A stretch of 64,000 bases of DNA from a virus. Lineage: Duplodnaviria; Caudoviricetes. The position numbers were made by a program, and so were the translations under genes. This document shows, piece after piece, positions 45,201-60,200 of the stretch (position 1 is its first letter; every line of letters starts with the position of its first letter). A model generated the notes under the pieces. It did no database searches. It was not told the DNA's origin and saw only the letters and a list, made by a program, of their open reading frames with translations. The stretch spans positions 1 to 64,000 of the IMG/VR virus record IMGVR_UViG_3300012952_002053; one strand, written 5' to 3'.

Positions 45201-48200
45201 ATTAATTCTTGCTCTATCTGAAATCTCATTTAATTCTGTTGCCCAGAAATAATAATGTGTTAATGGCTTACCTGTTTTATCAGGATGAGATTCTACAATA
45301 AAGTTTCCATCTGGATGTGGTGTACCCAACGTATATGATGAAGGAGGCGTTAAACTTTCTACCCATTCATAGATATTAATTTGGCTTCCAGGGAACATGT
45401 TACCCCAATTGATAGTACGTTCATAATTGTTAAATCCATTAGCACCGTAGTTGCCACTACCTTGCTCGTACCATTCATATCTTACATTAGTGGTATCCCA
45501 CCATCTTAATCCAACTTGCTTTCTTCCATATCTTGTTTTTCTTCCATCATAAACAATTGGATCTCTTAAAGTTTTTAAGTCTATTTCTTTGTCTATAAAT
45601 CCTGGCAATATGCCTTTGAACGGATCATATAAATCTATATCAAATTCTTTTTCTGCTGTTTCATTATCGTATGTGAATACATCTCTTATAAATCTAGTAT
45701 TAACTAAATCTTCTTGTTGTCTTATAATTGTATTACTTTCTAAGTATGCCCATTTTCCAGTACCTGCATAATTATCAATCCAAACATTGGAAATGTTTGC
45801 CATATCTAATCCGGTTTCTGTAGCATGTCTTACACTTTCTAATGCAAGAGCATCAACATGTATTGCATTAACATTTTGTGCAGTCATTTGTATTGGTGAG
45901 TTGCCATCTAGTCTTCTCAGTTCGTATTTGTATAATCCATTCTGCATGATGTAATCACCAATGTCGCCGTGAATACCAAATGGATGTCTACTAGAGAATC
46001 TGATTCCTTTACCTCTATCAGGTCCGCCTGTTCCGCCTGTGCCATCTCCTGATGCTGGGCTACCATCTACTAAATTAACATGTGGTGGTATTTCAGGAAT
46101 ATATGCACCTGGGTCTATATTAAATGATTCCAAGTCTCCAGGTCTTCCGCCACTGAGCTCAACTCCGTCTCCACTATCACTACCTATTCTTATTTTAGGC
46201 AAGCCGCCATTGTTATCTAGACCAGCTCTAAAGTAAGGATTACCATTAGGATCTAATGTTGAGTTATCGTTAATAAAGTCAATTATATGTTCTGGAAGTC
46301 CGCCTTTCCCTACAGGTCCTTCTGCTAGACCCATGTCTTGTAGTGCAGAACCTTTTTGTCTACAGTCACCAATTAATCTTGCAGTCATAAACACACGACC
46401 ACCTTTACCAGATCCAGTTGAACCTGTTGGTGTTGAACCTATACTTGCTGTTACTGGTTTTCCATCTGGACCAGGTCCAGTTTTTGCTGTGTGATATTCT
46501 AATGGAATACCTGAGTTTAAGTCTCCTGGGAAAGTTTCATACAATCCTCTGTTAAGTATTTTTAATGCTCTAATCTGACCTTCGTCTCCAACAGATGTAA
46601 CTTTATAAACAGCAACTTCTTCTTTCTTAGAAGCAGAACCGCCAAGTCCCCATTCTATTTCAAATCTTGCACCTATGCCTGTTCCTGTAATATTAATAAC
46701 AGGAGGATCATTTTTAACATATTTTTCTCCTGTTAATCCAGGTATTGCAGGAAGTCCTCTACCGCCTGTTCCAAAAATAGGATCATAGTTACATGTTAAA
46801 GCACCTGTAATAGGATCTACATCTAACCCAAATAAATCAGGTTCAAATCCGTATCCTGGAGTACCTGGTCCGCCAACAGTTATTTTTACTGTTGTAGGAT
46901 CAAATCTAAATTCTCCTACTTCATTGTTCCAATATCCATAACCACTTCCGCCTCTTACAAGTTTTAATCCTGCAATGGTTTGTGTTGGCATACTTTGTCT
47001 TGATACTGCTGTTCCACCTACTGCTCTTAATATGTCGCCAACTGCATAGCCTGAACCATTGTGTCCTACACTAATAGTTGTAGGAGCATCTCTATTTCTT
47101 CTATCTTCAGCAGTAATTGTGTTTGTTATAAAATCTGTTCCTGTAGCAGTGGTTGTTACACGACCTACTTCAACATCAGCCGTGTTTGCGTCTGCATCAG
47201 TATCAGCATTTACATAAGTGGTTGTCTGTTGTGTATTTGTTCTTGAACCTGCTGTTACAGTTGTTTCGCTGTATGACCTATCTTCTTTGTTGTTTACTGT
47301 AAAGTCTAATACTTCTTTTAGTATGCCACCTTTACAACCATTTCTTAAAATAGGAACTCCTGCACTTGTGTCTCTAAATGCTACTCTTACACACTTAGTT
47401 CCATCATCATTTGTAACAACATTAACATTTACTTTGTCGCCCATTTGTTTTCTAATCTCAGCCGCCATGTCTGTAGCACTACCAACTCCTACTGTGGATA
47501 TTTGTGTAGTGCCTACCCAAAAAGTATCACCTTCTCTAATTTTATATTGGCTATGGTCTATTGATAAACTGCCTTCTGAATTGGCCCCTGAACCATCTAC
47601 TCCTTGTGGATTTATCCACTCATTAGAAGCACAGAAACTAACTTTAGGTCTAATACAATATTCTTCTAGAGGAATTTCTAATTCTACAGGACTTCCGCCA
47701 CCTATCTTAGGTATGTAAACGCCTGTTTTAGTTTTCTCTAGCAATTTCAATTTCATTGTTCTTGCTCTAGGCTTCATAGGAGCACTTTCAGGATTAAATG
47801 CACTATTATCTGGTATAGGTGTATCTGCTCTATCAGTTATTCCACCTAATTGATTTTGGAAACTAGGTCTGCCATCCAATGGCTTAGTTCCTTTGTAATC
47901 CATATTACTGAAATCGCTTGGTGTGGCTACTATACTTCCTCTTGCAAATCCTGGATCAGGTGCAAAAGTTTTCTTTCTAACCCTAGCACTTGGTACAGTA
48001 CTGCCTGAAGGCTTAGTACCAAATCCAGGTCCATTACCATGCTGGGAGTATGAGCCATAACTATTATAACCAGCCATGCCTAAGTTTATATGTAAACCAA
48101 TTGGATTTGACGGCATCATTGGCACATTACCAAAGTTTGGTATTCCTAATGGAATAGGAGTAATTGGTCCTATATTATATGACGGTGCTGGTGTAGTTAC

Positions 48201-51200
48201 TACAGGATTGACATTGAATGATGCCTGAGATTTTGCTGTAGTGTGACCACCTTGATGTCCGCCTTCTTTTTCAAAGTACCAAGGATTCTCTCCTTGATTA
48301 ATACATACTGCTCCCCACCATCTAAATACAACACTACCACTGCTTGTATTTCTGTCTGTTACAACTGTGAGATATCTACCGTTACCTGCATTGTATGTAA
48401 CTGGTATAACACCAGCATATGGTCTACCTCCAGCACTATCAGGCGACCCCATATCTGTAAAAGTGTCACCACCTGCTTGATAGTTAGCATCATTGGCACT
48501 TAGTATAACTTTCTTAAATGCGTTCTTTTCTGCCGCTGTCATATTTCTTGCACTACCACCTGAGTGAGTGCCACCGAGCAAAGTTGTTTTACCATACTTG
48601 GTATGACTTTGATAAATCTTCATTCCATCATTTGCACTATACATATCAAAGTGGAATTTCATTTCATGATTTTTACTTGTGTCTGCTGTACATAAGAAAC
48701 TGGTTGTTTCTGGATCAGGTCCACTTCTATGATATAAGAAATAGTCCACACATTCATATGGCGGTACAGGAGATAAAGAATCATCTGTTATTGTTGCTGT
48801 AACCGAATTTGGTAATCCTGCACTAGCACCGTTACTGTCTGTACTTGCTAACGTAACAGTTAATGATTCGTTACCTTCTGTGGTAACATCTGCAATAGCA
48901 CCTATTCGTTTTGTGTCTGACACATATACATTTCCGCCTTGGTCAGACATTGTAAATGTCATTTGTAAACTGCTGTTTAAGTCACTGCCGGCAGTAAAGT
49001 CGCTTCTCGTAATACCTGAACCACTTACTGTTGCAACAATAGTTGCTCCATTAGTTAAGTGTTCGCCTGTAACTTGTAATTCTACCATACCACCATTTTC
49101 ATTCAGTGTGTTACTGCTAATGGTAATATTGTTATATGTTGGTACTGGGTCTAAACTTGTGTCGTTAATATTTAATTGAGCTCGTCTTTGCCCTGTTGGG
49201 TTATTGTCACTATCATATTCTGCTAATGTAAAGATTAATGTTTCTGTACCTTCTGTTGTTGCATCTGCAGTGAAGTTAATAGTTTTAGTTGCTTTCTGAT
49301 TTTGTATAGTCAGTTCGAAACTAGTTGTAGTTCCTAAATCACTATCTGCCAATGAAGCAGTACCACTTACATTGACTTGTACTTTTGTTCCGTTTCTTAC
49401 ATGCTTATCTGTTTTAACTGTGTAAACTGTAGAAGCACCTTCATTAACTGATGATGCACTAAACTGAGCACTTGTATATCCACCATAAGGTTGAATACAT
49501 TCTGCAACACCAGTTTCCTCAAAAATAACTTTACCATTTGAAGCGGCATGTTCACAGCCTGAATCGTTACCTTTGTTGTTTACATGTGTCATACATTGTT
49601 TAGTAACGTGTCTTTTTCCTTCTGGGTTTCTTCCATTTGCATCTAAAACACAGACATTTGAAATTTCTTTGAAATCATGCGTATGAGGAATTAACGTTTC
49701 ACAAGCCGCATCTGCATGTTGAATTGTTAGATAAGGATCTTTGCCGCCAGCAGAACTTGTAAGACTTGTAGTAGAAGTACCAGTTCCACTTCCTCCACCT
49801 CCAAGTCCACTGTAATCTTGATTAGGTCCAAACCCTGGAGTATAGTTTTTATTAAATAAGGCAAGTTTTGCTCTTAATTGTGGATCTGCCTTTTTCCTTC
49901 CTTCTTCAGTTAATCCTGTAAGTCCATAATCTCCACCTGGGCCTTCGCCAGCACCTGTTAATCCATCTGAAGCAATTCTAGTTCCTGTTGTACCCCATAT
50001 AGTACCATCACTACCATGTATAGTACCATCTCCCATCATTGTGTATTCTACATCACCTTGTGTCCACTTAGAACCTGAAGGTACACTATCCCATTGACCT
50101 GTTTCGTAATTGTAAACCATTTCAGATGAGCCATAGGATTGGTCACCTGGTCCATACTCTGTACCTGTTCCAGTGTTTCTAGGTCCACCTACTGAATAAC
50201 CACCACCTGATTGTGTGCCTTGTTGTTCAACATAAACTTGTGCTTGTGGCTTGACAATCTCTTGCTGATGTGGTAAAATATTAGTTGCTTGGAAATCCAT
50301 CTGAGCCAGTAATGCCTGTGCCGCAATTTGTTGCGGAGATAAAGTAGGCTTTTGAGGCTCTTCAACAATCTTTTGAGGAGGACAAACAATAATTGGCGGA
50401 TCTTCTATAATATTCTGTTGCGCCTGTCTAGCCGCCTCCATGTCCATTTGCTGTTGCATCAAACCATTTGATGTGTTTTGCATGTATTGTAATTCTTGCT
50501 GTATTTGAGCCTGTTGCATTTGACCAAAGTCGGGTCCTGCCGCCGCAACTGTATTAATTCCAAGTGTAGGATCATATATTTGTGTTCCTTTATACATTGG
50601 GAAAGTATCAAATCCTGGATAAGATGTTGAACCTGTATCCATAATTTTATAAGACATGTTCATACCAACATCAATAAATGGTATATCAAATGCAAACGAA
50701 CCTTTCTTAGATATCATTGCCGCTTTGTTATACATTTGGTCAGCAATATCATTTGCATATTGTTCAACACTATGGAATGGGAAAGCATTTGTTACAACAT
50801 TTGCTCCGTTAATTTGAATATTACCTAAGTGATTTGCAATAAAGAATGGAGTCCAACCTACATTACCTGTTACTCCAGGTGCTTCGTCACCATATATCTC
50901 ATAATCAAATCTAGATATGTATGTGTTACCACTTACTGTATGTGGATGAGAAAATGCTGGGAAGTCAACAACTATTGTGTTTGCTGTTGGAATGTCCACA
51001 ACTTTCATACTGTCATTGTAATAATCTGGATACATCATATACACTTGAACATTACTGCCAAGCAGTTTGTCTGAGCCATCTATAGCAAAAGAGTGATCCT
51101 CTTTTGTTGTAATGACTGTGTTCGAAGTCATAAATGTTGCATCTTGGAATGTTGTTCTGTATATCTGTATAACATCATCTTCTGATACTGTAACATTATT

Positions 51201-54200
51201 TGTTACTGTAAATGCTGAAGGACCTATAACATTTGCAATTTTAGTATTTGTAGGTATTCCTGTACCTTCTACTTGCATACCTGGTGCAATTATTTCTGCT
51301 GTATCTCTAATTGTGATAGTTGTGTTTGAACTTACATTTGCATTTACTATGTAATCAAATTTAGGTTCTTCTAAAACTGTTTGCAATACTGTGAATGTAT
51401 TAGCACTAGCATCTACTTTTAATGTTCTTTGATATGTATCATAAACTGCACCTGCATTAATCTTCACCATAGTACCAACCGGAACACTACTTAAATCTAC
51501 GTCTGTTGTATATTTTGTTCCTTCATTGATTGTGTAAGATAAATTTGCTTCACTTAAATCACTACCTGTATAAGTTGTTGGCTCAATGTCAAAAAAGACA
51601 ACTTCACGTTCAAACTCTGGACCATTAAATTCAGGTATTTCATATTGAGCTCTTGTAAAGTCAACTCTGGTGTTTGTATCAAGTGTTACATTAGATGCTA
51701 ATAATACGTTTGCAACTTTACCATCACCGTCATGTCTGAATTTTAATGCTTCATCGCTTCTAATTGATATGCCATTTGCTAAATTAATATTAAATGTACT
51801 AAAGTCATCATTAACGATTGTAGTACCTTCTGGTGTACCCGATGGTGGAGTTAGTATAGTAGTTTTTGATGTTATGTTTTCTGATAATGTAATATTAGAT
51901 CCTGAAATACTTGCAACTGTAATGTTTGATGAAGGATCTATAACACCTGAAACTAATACTTTATCTCCTACACTAATACCGTCTGTGTTTGAAATAGTAA
52001 TTACGTTTGCTGTTGCATTAGCATCTCTAATAATTCTTACAGGTTCGTTACCAACATTACTTAGGTCAAATCTTACTTCTTTAACTTCTACTGGATCTGT
52101 TAAAGTATCTGTCCACATGTACATACCAGGTGATACAGGATCAAGTAATGTAACTTGCCCTTCTAGTTCTGTATCTTTTACTGGTACAACTTTACTGTTG
52201 GACACACTACTTTCAACAACTTTTAAAATAGGTGCTGTAACATTTGCAAAATTACCTACTACATCTGTAATTTGGTCAATAGTTGTAGTTTCTGTTCTCA
52301 CATTTCTTATTAAGAATGAGTTGTTGTTTAATTCTGTTCCAGAAGTATCAAAAAACTTAACACTTAAACCATCAAATAATGATTCACCTAATGGGAAACT
52401 TCCACCCATTGTAGATATATCGTTAGGTACTGCTGTAATTTTAATTCTTGTATTTGCATGTGAAAGTGTTGCAGTATCTGTTATAACATTTAATGCTGTA
52501 TTAGTTCCATAGTATGCTGAATCTAAAAAGAAAGTATTTGGACTTCTTTGTTCTTTAACTACAAATTTGGTTCCTGCTGATCCACCTAAGTTGTCTACAT
52601 TAAATACGAGATTTTCTCTTTCTCTAAATTCATGTCCTCTTGCAAATACCTGTACAGAATAATCTATGTTTGCATTTGCAAATCTGTTTTTACCAAAGTT
52701 TACAAAACTTAATGTATCTTTGCTTATTAATGATGTCATTCCATTTAATACTGTTGCATTTGCATATAAAGATATTTTACCTTCTGGTTTTATAGTAGCA
52801 ACTTGGAATACATTTCCGTTTAGGTTTGAACTGTTAGTGTCTGTGAATTTTAAGAAGTCACCAATCTGTACACCTTCTATTTCTCCGTTTCCTATATCAA
52901 ATGTTAATTGGTTGTTAAATTTAATTTGTGTGTTAGGATCTGCGTCTACATTTCTGAAAATAGAAATATTAGATGTAGTAGTAACAACGTTTGCTCTTGC
53001 AAACTGTTTCATGTTTTGTACTGGTACAGATTCTGTGCTTACAATATTACCACTTAATTGTGGAACTATGCTTTCAATACTTTTAACGTCTGGTACTGTA
53101 TGCGTAATGTTACCCATTTCAACATAAGAATCTAAAACTTTTTCTTCGCTAGTAAATCTTGTAACAGGATGATCCACTTCTAATTGGTCTGTTACATAAA
53201 CTGGATTGCCTTCCATTGTTTTTAATGCTTTGTTATATGGATCTACAATGTATTTTCCTTTTAGTGCTAACACATAATCATACCATTTTGTGTGGTCATA
53301 ACTTGCACTACTATTTGATAATTCATTACCATCTAAAATTATATTGGACAGACTGTTGTCTGTGTATAAAAATGTTGTTCCAGCACTATCATCGTATTCA
53401 ATATAAGATACATTTGAACTTGTATTAGAAAGTCTATACACATCAAATTCTTCATGTTCACCTTTTGCAAAATGAACTACATTACCTTCTTTGGGTAATT
53501 GTGTTGCACTATCTAATTTTGTTACGTCAAATAGATTTTCAAAATCAAATATATCAAATGCTTGATATTGTACGTTGTATCTTGAAACATAACCTGCATT
53601 TGGCAATGTGTTATATTTAGAATCTACAATACCTAAATAACTAACACTAGATGTCTTGGGCCATAAACCTTTCTCTGCCATGTCTGTTGGTCTAACAGGT
53701 AATCTTTCTGCATCATCTACGTCAATTAATAGTGTAGCATCGCCTTTAGCATCTGGATAAATTTCAAATGTTCTCATTTGCTCCAACTTAGCCGCTAAAG
53801 CATCATTGGCAAATACTTTAATGTTCATTGAACTTCCAGGTAGGTCACCTTGATAAGTGTCTTCTAAGTCAATGGTTGCTCTTTCAATAATTTGTATTTT
53901 TGAATTTGGTTGTATGGGTGCACCTGGAATAGCACCAACATCTAAAAAGTTAATTGTAGATGTATTTGCAGAAGCATTACTTGTTATAGTATATAATGCT
54001 TCTTCGCTTGTCTCTGGTAATTTTAATCCGTTGATTTCAACATCAATATGTGGGTAACTACCGTTAATTATTGTTAAGTTATCTGTTGCAATAGAATCTG
54101 TTGCAGTTTCACCGTCTGAAACACTGATAGGACTAAATGTAAATGATTGTGATACATTACCTGATAGCAACGAATTAGTTACAATAGTTGTTCTACTGCC

Positions 54201-57200
54201 AGGATCAAATGCCCAATCAGTATTTGCTGTTGTGGCATTACCATCAACTGTGACTACAACATCACTCGCTGATGTGCTGTTAGCAGTTTCAAAACTGTAA
54301 CGTTGTCTAGGTTGATAACGTTTGCTTTCTATGTTTACTACATTTGCTAAAGTATTTCCAGCACCTTCTTCTGCTAGTGTAAAATCATCACCTTTAATAG
54401 TTAAGTAAAAACTTTCTGCATTTCCAGTTATTGTCCTTGTAAAGGATGCTACAATATTTGCATTTACTCCTGCTGTAGTATTAATTACATTTGCAACATC
54501 TTCTGTTGTAGATACATTGCTTAAATCAATTATAGTATTCGTATTAGCACTGAAGTGGTCTGTAATTAAAATATTACTTGCATTTGCCAATGCACTAACA
54601 TCTACATTAGATGTTGATACTGCATATGGTTTTAAGAATTGTGTTGTAATATTTGCAGTCAATAATTGAGCGGCAATAACTGTTACTGACGGATTAATAG
54701 TATAACCATATCCTGGTTCAGTAACTGTAACATCTGAAATTCTACCATCAGTACCAATGTTCACAGTTGCCTGTGCTGTAGTACCTCCACCATATTCAAA
54801 ACTTCCTGGAATCTCTGCAGGTGGTGGTTCAATTTCTAAGAATGGTCTTTGATAAAATTTTGTTGTTCTATCTAATACTTCAACTTCTTTTACTTTACTT
54901 ACAATATCTTCTGGATATGCAATTTGTATTAATTGTTTTTCATCTGTAATTTCTGAATCAGTAATCTTCATGTCAATTGTTTGGAAATTCTCTACATCAC
55001 CAAACTCACCTGACTTCAATGCCCATTCATCATAAACATTAACACTACCTGGTACTAAAACTTTATCACTGTTTAACAATACTTCTAAACTGTTCTTAGT
55101 ACCTTTACTTCTTATCATACCAACATAAAAATCATATTGGTCATCTTGTGTTAATTCAAATTCTCTTAAATATTTTCTTTCATTGTAACCATACTGTCTT
55201 CTACTTGCTTCATAAACTTGTTTTTCAACAGGCACATGTCCAATCTCATTGTATTTGCCCATGTCACCTGCAAGAGTATCAAAGTTTGGTTTCAATCCAT
55301 CTGTGGTAATAACATAACCTTCGGCTGTTAGTGTTCCGTTCCAGTTCTTTGTTCTTTTACCTTTTATTTTTAATCTTCTTTGTCTTTGGTTTAAAACATC
55401 ATTGTAAATTGTGTCGCCAAATATTGTTTTGTTTGAAACTACCATTGCATGTTCAATTTCATTTGTGTACAATATTAAGCCATAAATTTGTTTTCCTTCT
55501 GGAGGTCTAATTTCTAAATTCTGTCCGTCTCTTATAATCTCACATTCTGTGGCTTTGATGTTTTTGCCTTCTTCATCTAATATGCTATACTGACTTTGGT
55601 CAACGTCTATAATTTTACTAACTCTACCCATAGGTGCAGTAAACTTAATACCACCTGCCGCTGGACTTAAATTAATTGTATTACCTGAACTCCAATTACC
55701 TATACTCCAGAACAGCATTTGTCTACCGCTGTATAGCCAATCGTTCACATCATTTATTTCTGAATTAAATTCTCCAAAATTATATCCCATTTTGGCTTGT
55801 TTTCTTCCTAAACTAATTAAAAAGTCAAATAGTTCATTTGCAGTATCATAAACTGTGCCGTATTCTACTCTTATAGTTTTTCCTGTGCCATCTAGATATA
55901 AAGTTGCTTCTGCGGCATTTACTTGTGGCAATGTAGAAAGTCTTTGCCATGTAGTTGTGTCAGTTACGCCTGTGCCTTTAGCCGCAAATTTTAATGCTTG
56001 GAAAAAATTAAATCCAGATTTGACTATTGTTCCTTGTTGATAATTTGCTTGGTTATCAAAGTTAGTGAAGTCAGCAGGTTCACCACCGACACTTACTTCT
56101 GTAAGTCTACCATTTACTTTGTTACTTTCTTCAATTTCAAAAAATCTTTTTACACTATTGTAACCTTCTACTTTGTATTTTTTATCTTCTGTTAGAGTAA
56201 TTAATACACCAGTAAAATCATTTGTTGTGCTGTAAGGTCCAACATGTACATCTACTTGAATATCTTCTTGTGGAAGAATCAAACTAGAACTGTTACCTGT
56301 TGAACTATAACTGTCACTAAACACAGTCATTGTATCTTTGTCTACATAGCCAGCAAATTTATGTCCAAGTTTACTGTTTACACTTCTAAATGGTTTCACA
56401 AATTCTTTATTTGTGTTAAGTCCTTGGAATTTGAGGAATGAATCTACGAATTGTGTATATCCTACTGTATATACTGTTTCTTCGTTTGCATTTACTTCAC
56501 CATGTATTGCAACATTTTTGCCTTTAATTCTTCTGCCTGTGTCTTTGTCAAGCAATTGGTTGGTGTTTGCTGAACTTCGAACAATTTTTCTAGGATCAGC
56601 AAACACACTGGCAAACTTACCTGGCTTGGCAAGTAAAAGTGATTGAACTACAGCAAAAGGATATCCTTCTGATATCTTCCATGCATTTTCTACAGGAGCA
56701 TTATCGCTGTATTTCCAATCTTTATTCGTTAAGGAACTGTTAGCATTAAATGTTGTTGTTAAGGTACTTGTTAAACTGTATGTTGCAGTACCAGTATCTA
56801 ATGTAGTTGTACCTGTATTATTTGTTGTTACGTCTATAGGTGTATCTGCAAAACTTGTACCCACAGTATATGGATATGCTGGTGTAGTATCAGCATTTCT
56901 TGTTGCTACATAGTAGTAAGTACCCAACGGAAACTCTGGTGTTACACCATAACGACCATTGTATTGGTCAAGTCCATGTGAGTTAGATGCATACACATAA
57001 TCTTCTATAAATTCGCCTGTTGGTAAACCACCTGGGCCTGTTGCTATGGTATCTCTGTTTACAGTTTTTAAACTATATCCACTTTCTATTCTTACTATAC
57101 TACTACTTGCATTTGCTCTATCTTCGTAACTGTATGGTCCATATATTGGAAAACCGTCAAACGACCAACCAATAATAGGTGAATGTTCTGTTGTTGAATA

Positions 57201-60200
57201 GTCTGTTACTCCTGTAACTTTTGCAGTAGGTTGAACATAACCGTAAATATTATTACTGTCTGGATTACCGCCTGCATTATCTCTGCTTACATCATTTCTG
57301 TAAAGTGCGTTGTAGTGCCAACTAGTACTATCACTGTGAGTTACACCTGTGTTTGCATTTGTAATCAATGCTCCGTTGACTGCAATACCTATTGCAGAAC
57401 TACCTGTTGTGGTTGCATTTGCATATGAACCAGTTGCAGGATTATATTGGTCTGCTTGTAAACGTACTTTGTACTTTAATTCTTTATCTTCGATAAAGTT
57501 AGTATTATCTGTTGTTGGGAAAGTACCTGTAGTATGATTAATTATGTTATTGGTTGTAATATTAATATTTGAACCAACTTCATTTACAGATAAACCGTCA
57601 GTGATAATAAATGTATTTGCACTTGCAGTTCCTGTACCACTTGTTGTTTCTACCCAACTAATTGTTTTTGTAGTTGATGTTGTGCTAATAATATTTGCTG
57701 GTGCAACTAAATTACCACTTGCATCTACAGGTATTTCAAATTTTAATCCTATTCTTCTGTAAGGATTATTTTCTTTATATCTATCATTGGTTACATTTTC
57801 TCTTGTACCTTCTCTGATAATACCTTCTTCTAAATCTTTCCACATTACTTTGTTACTTGGGTAACTGTAATCGGTGCCGTATTGTGTTTCCCACCATGTT
57901 GGCTTTCTAATAAAGCCTAGCATTTCCCATGGATGAGTATGTGGTCTTTGTGTATCATAGCAGGATTCAAATATTCCTCTCCAATGACCTGGCTTATCTG
58001 TGCCATGGTTATAATTCCAAGTGAATAAATTATTTGCTTGATAAAATTCGTTTTTAACAAAATCAACTTCATTTCTAGTAATGTAGAAGTTAAAATTATT
58101 TCTTAACAATCCGTAAAATTCGTCTCTAGTTCTACCTGTATTTCTAAATCTTCCTGGTCTTACATCAGTTACATTTAAATCAGGTAAACTATCATTATTT
58201 CTAAATTGCTGTAATGTGCTATTGTAAACACGTTTTTCAAATTCTAATAAAATGTAATCATGTACATCACCCACTGCAACACTCTTACTGCCATCATGTC
58301 CTTGTACCATTTTAATAGATTCTACAAATGAAGTATCATCTATAATCTCTGGATAGTATAGTGGATATAATCCTAATGCACTAGGTGTTGGAGGTGTTTG
58401 ACAACTTTCTCTATTAACATCATATAATCTAACTTTAATTGTATTTCCTAATGTCAAAGTATAACTAGGATCAAATGTTACTGTTACTACACCGTTTGTA
58501 CTTGTAATGCTGTAGTCTACGTCAACGCATAACAGTTTTTCTATATTGTTTGCATCATGGTCATAAACAAAAATGGTGTTTTCAATTTTGTCTAAATCTA
58601 AATAATTTGTTAATACATATTCTTTTTTCAGTACATTGTTTATAACAATTTTTTCTTCTGTGTACTGGTCACCAAACGCCGCCATAAATGTATTATCGAA
58701 TACATTTTTACCTTGATTATATGATATAACATTTTCTAAAACAAGTTCCAATATGTCGCCATACGACATATTGCTGTAGTCGTTGTTGTCAACATATTTT
58801 ACAATTTCTTTCTTTAATCTGTTTTTGTATTTTACATATTCTTCTGCACAAAAATCTATACTGTCTTTTAAATTAAATTTATCATTACTAAACAAGAATG
58901 CAGACAACTGTAAATCATCATCAGATTGAATTAACGTGTCAGCATATTTTACATCTTTTGTGATATTATCAAAGTTATTTCCACCTAACGGATCACCTGT
59001 AATATCTTCTTGGTCTTTTACATAGTTGTTAAAATGCTCTAAGTATTCAGGCTGAGAAAGTGTTAATAAATCAGCATTGTTTAAATTACTGTGCCAACTT
59101 TTTGCAACATTATATCTACCATTTGTTTTTGTACTTTCAAAAAATCCTGATACTGTTTCTGTAAAAATATCAATTATGTCTAGTTTGCTAAATGTAAAAG
59201 AAGCAAATCTAACAGCAATTTGATTTGCATCATAACTAAAGTCAGTTTTGCGTACACCATTTACATAGACTCTTATACTTTTTTCTACTAGTCCTAATTC
59301 TGAACTATCACTATTTTTTGGAACTGCTGATATATGATAAAGTGTTTTTTCGTTTGTTACATCTTCATCTTTAATTACATATCTGTCTTCTACTTTTTGT
59401 TTTAAATCTTCTTTAAATGGACGCCATGCAGTATCGTATGTGGTCGTGCCACTTTGGTTATTCTTTTTGTAATACAAATAACCAGTAATTTGTTTTTTAG
59501 TTGTGCCACCAAAAGGAACATAAGAATAGTAATAATCATCTAGATTATTAGTAAAAGAAATCTCACTAAAATTATTAAAGTTTTTATATTCTAATGCAAA
59601 TCCTAAAACAGGATCATTTGTTGTGTTTACAGTTGCTTTTGTGTAGCCAAATATTTCATTACCTACAAATGTACTGCTAGGGTAAACACTATCGCTATCT
59701 ACTGCAACTTTGTTTTTGTCATACAAGTTAAATAAGATAGGTGTATTAATTTTAGATTTTTGTTGTCCTTTTGTCCAATCTGTACCTGTCCAATAATATT
59801 CTATACCTGTGTACCTGGCACCAAATTTTACAGTTACAACATCGCCTAATGTTGCTGTGTAGGCTACAAAGTTTGAATCACCGTCAACTGCTCCAACAGG
59901 ATTATTGTCTGCAGGTTTTCTTGTAAGTGTTACATTATCACTACCGTCTGTGCCAATTAAGTAAACATGTTGTGCAACATTTGTTTCTTCTCCTGGGAAC
60001 ATGATAAAGTTACCTACTTGCAAAGTAACATCATCTATAGTTGCTCCGTTTGGTCTGCCTAATACTTCTGCTTTACTAGAACCTTCTGCACTAATTTCAA
60101 CAGCAAATTTTCCTGTAGTACCAAAATTATATAATTCTATATCTCTGTCAAATTCTATAATAGGTCTAACAGCACGTTTATCTTTTGCTGGTAGTTGGTC

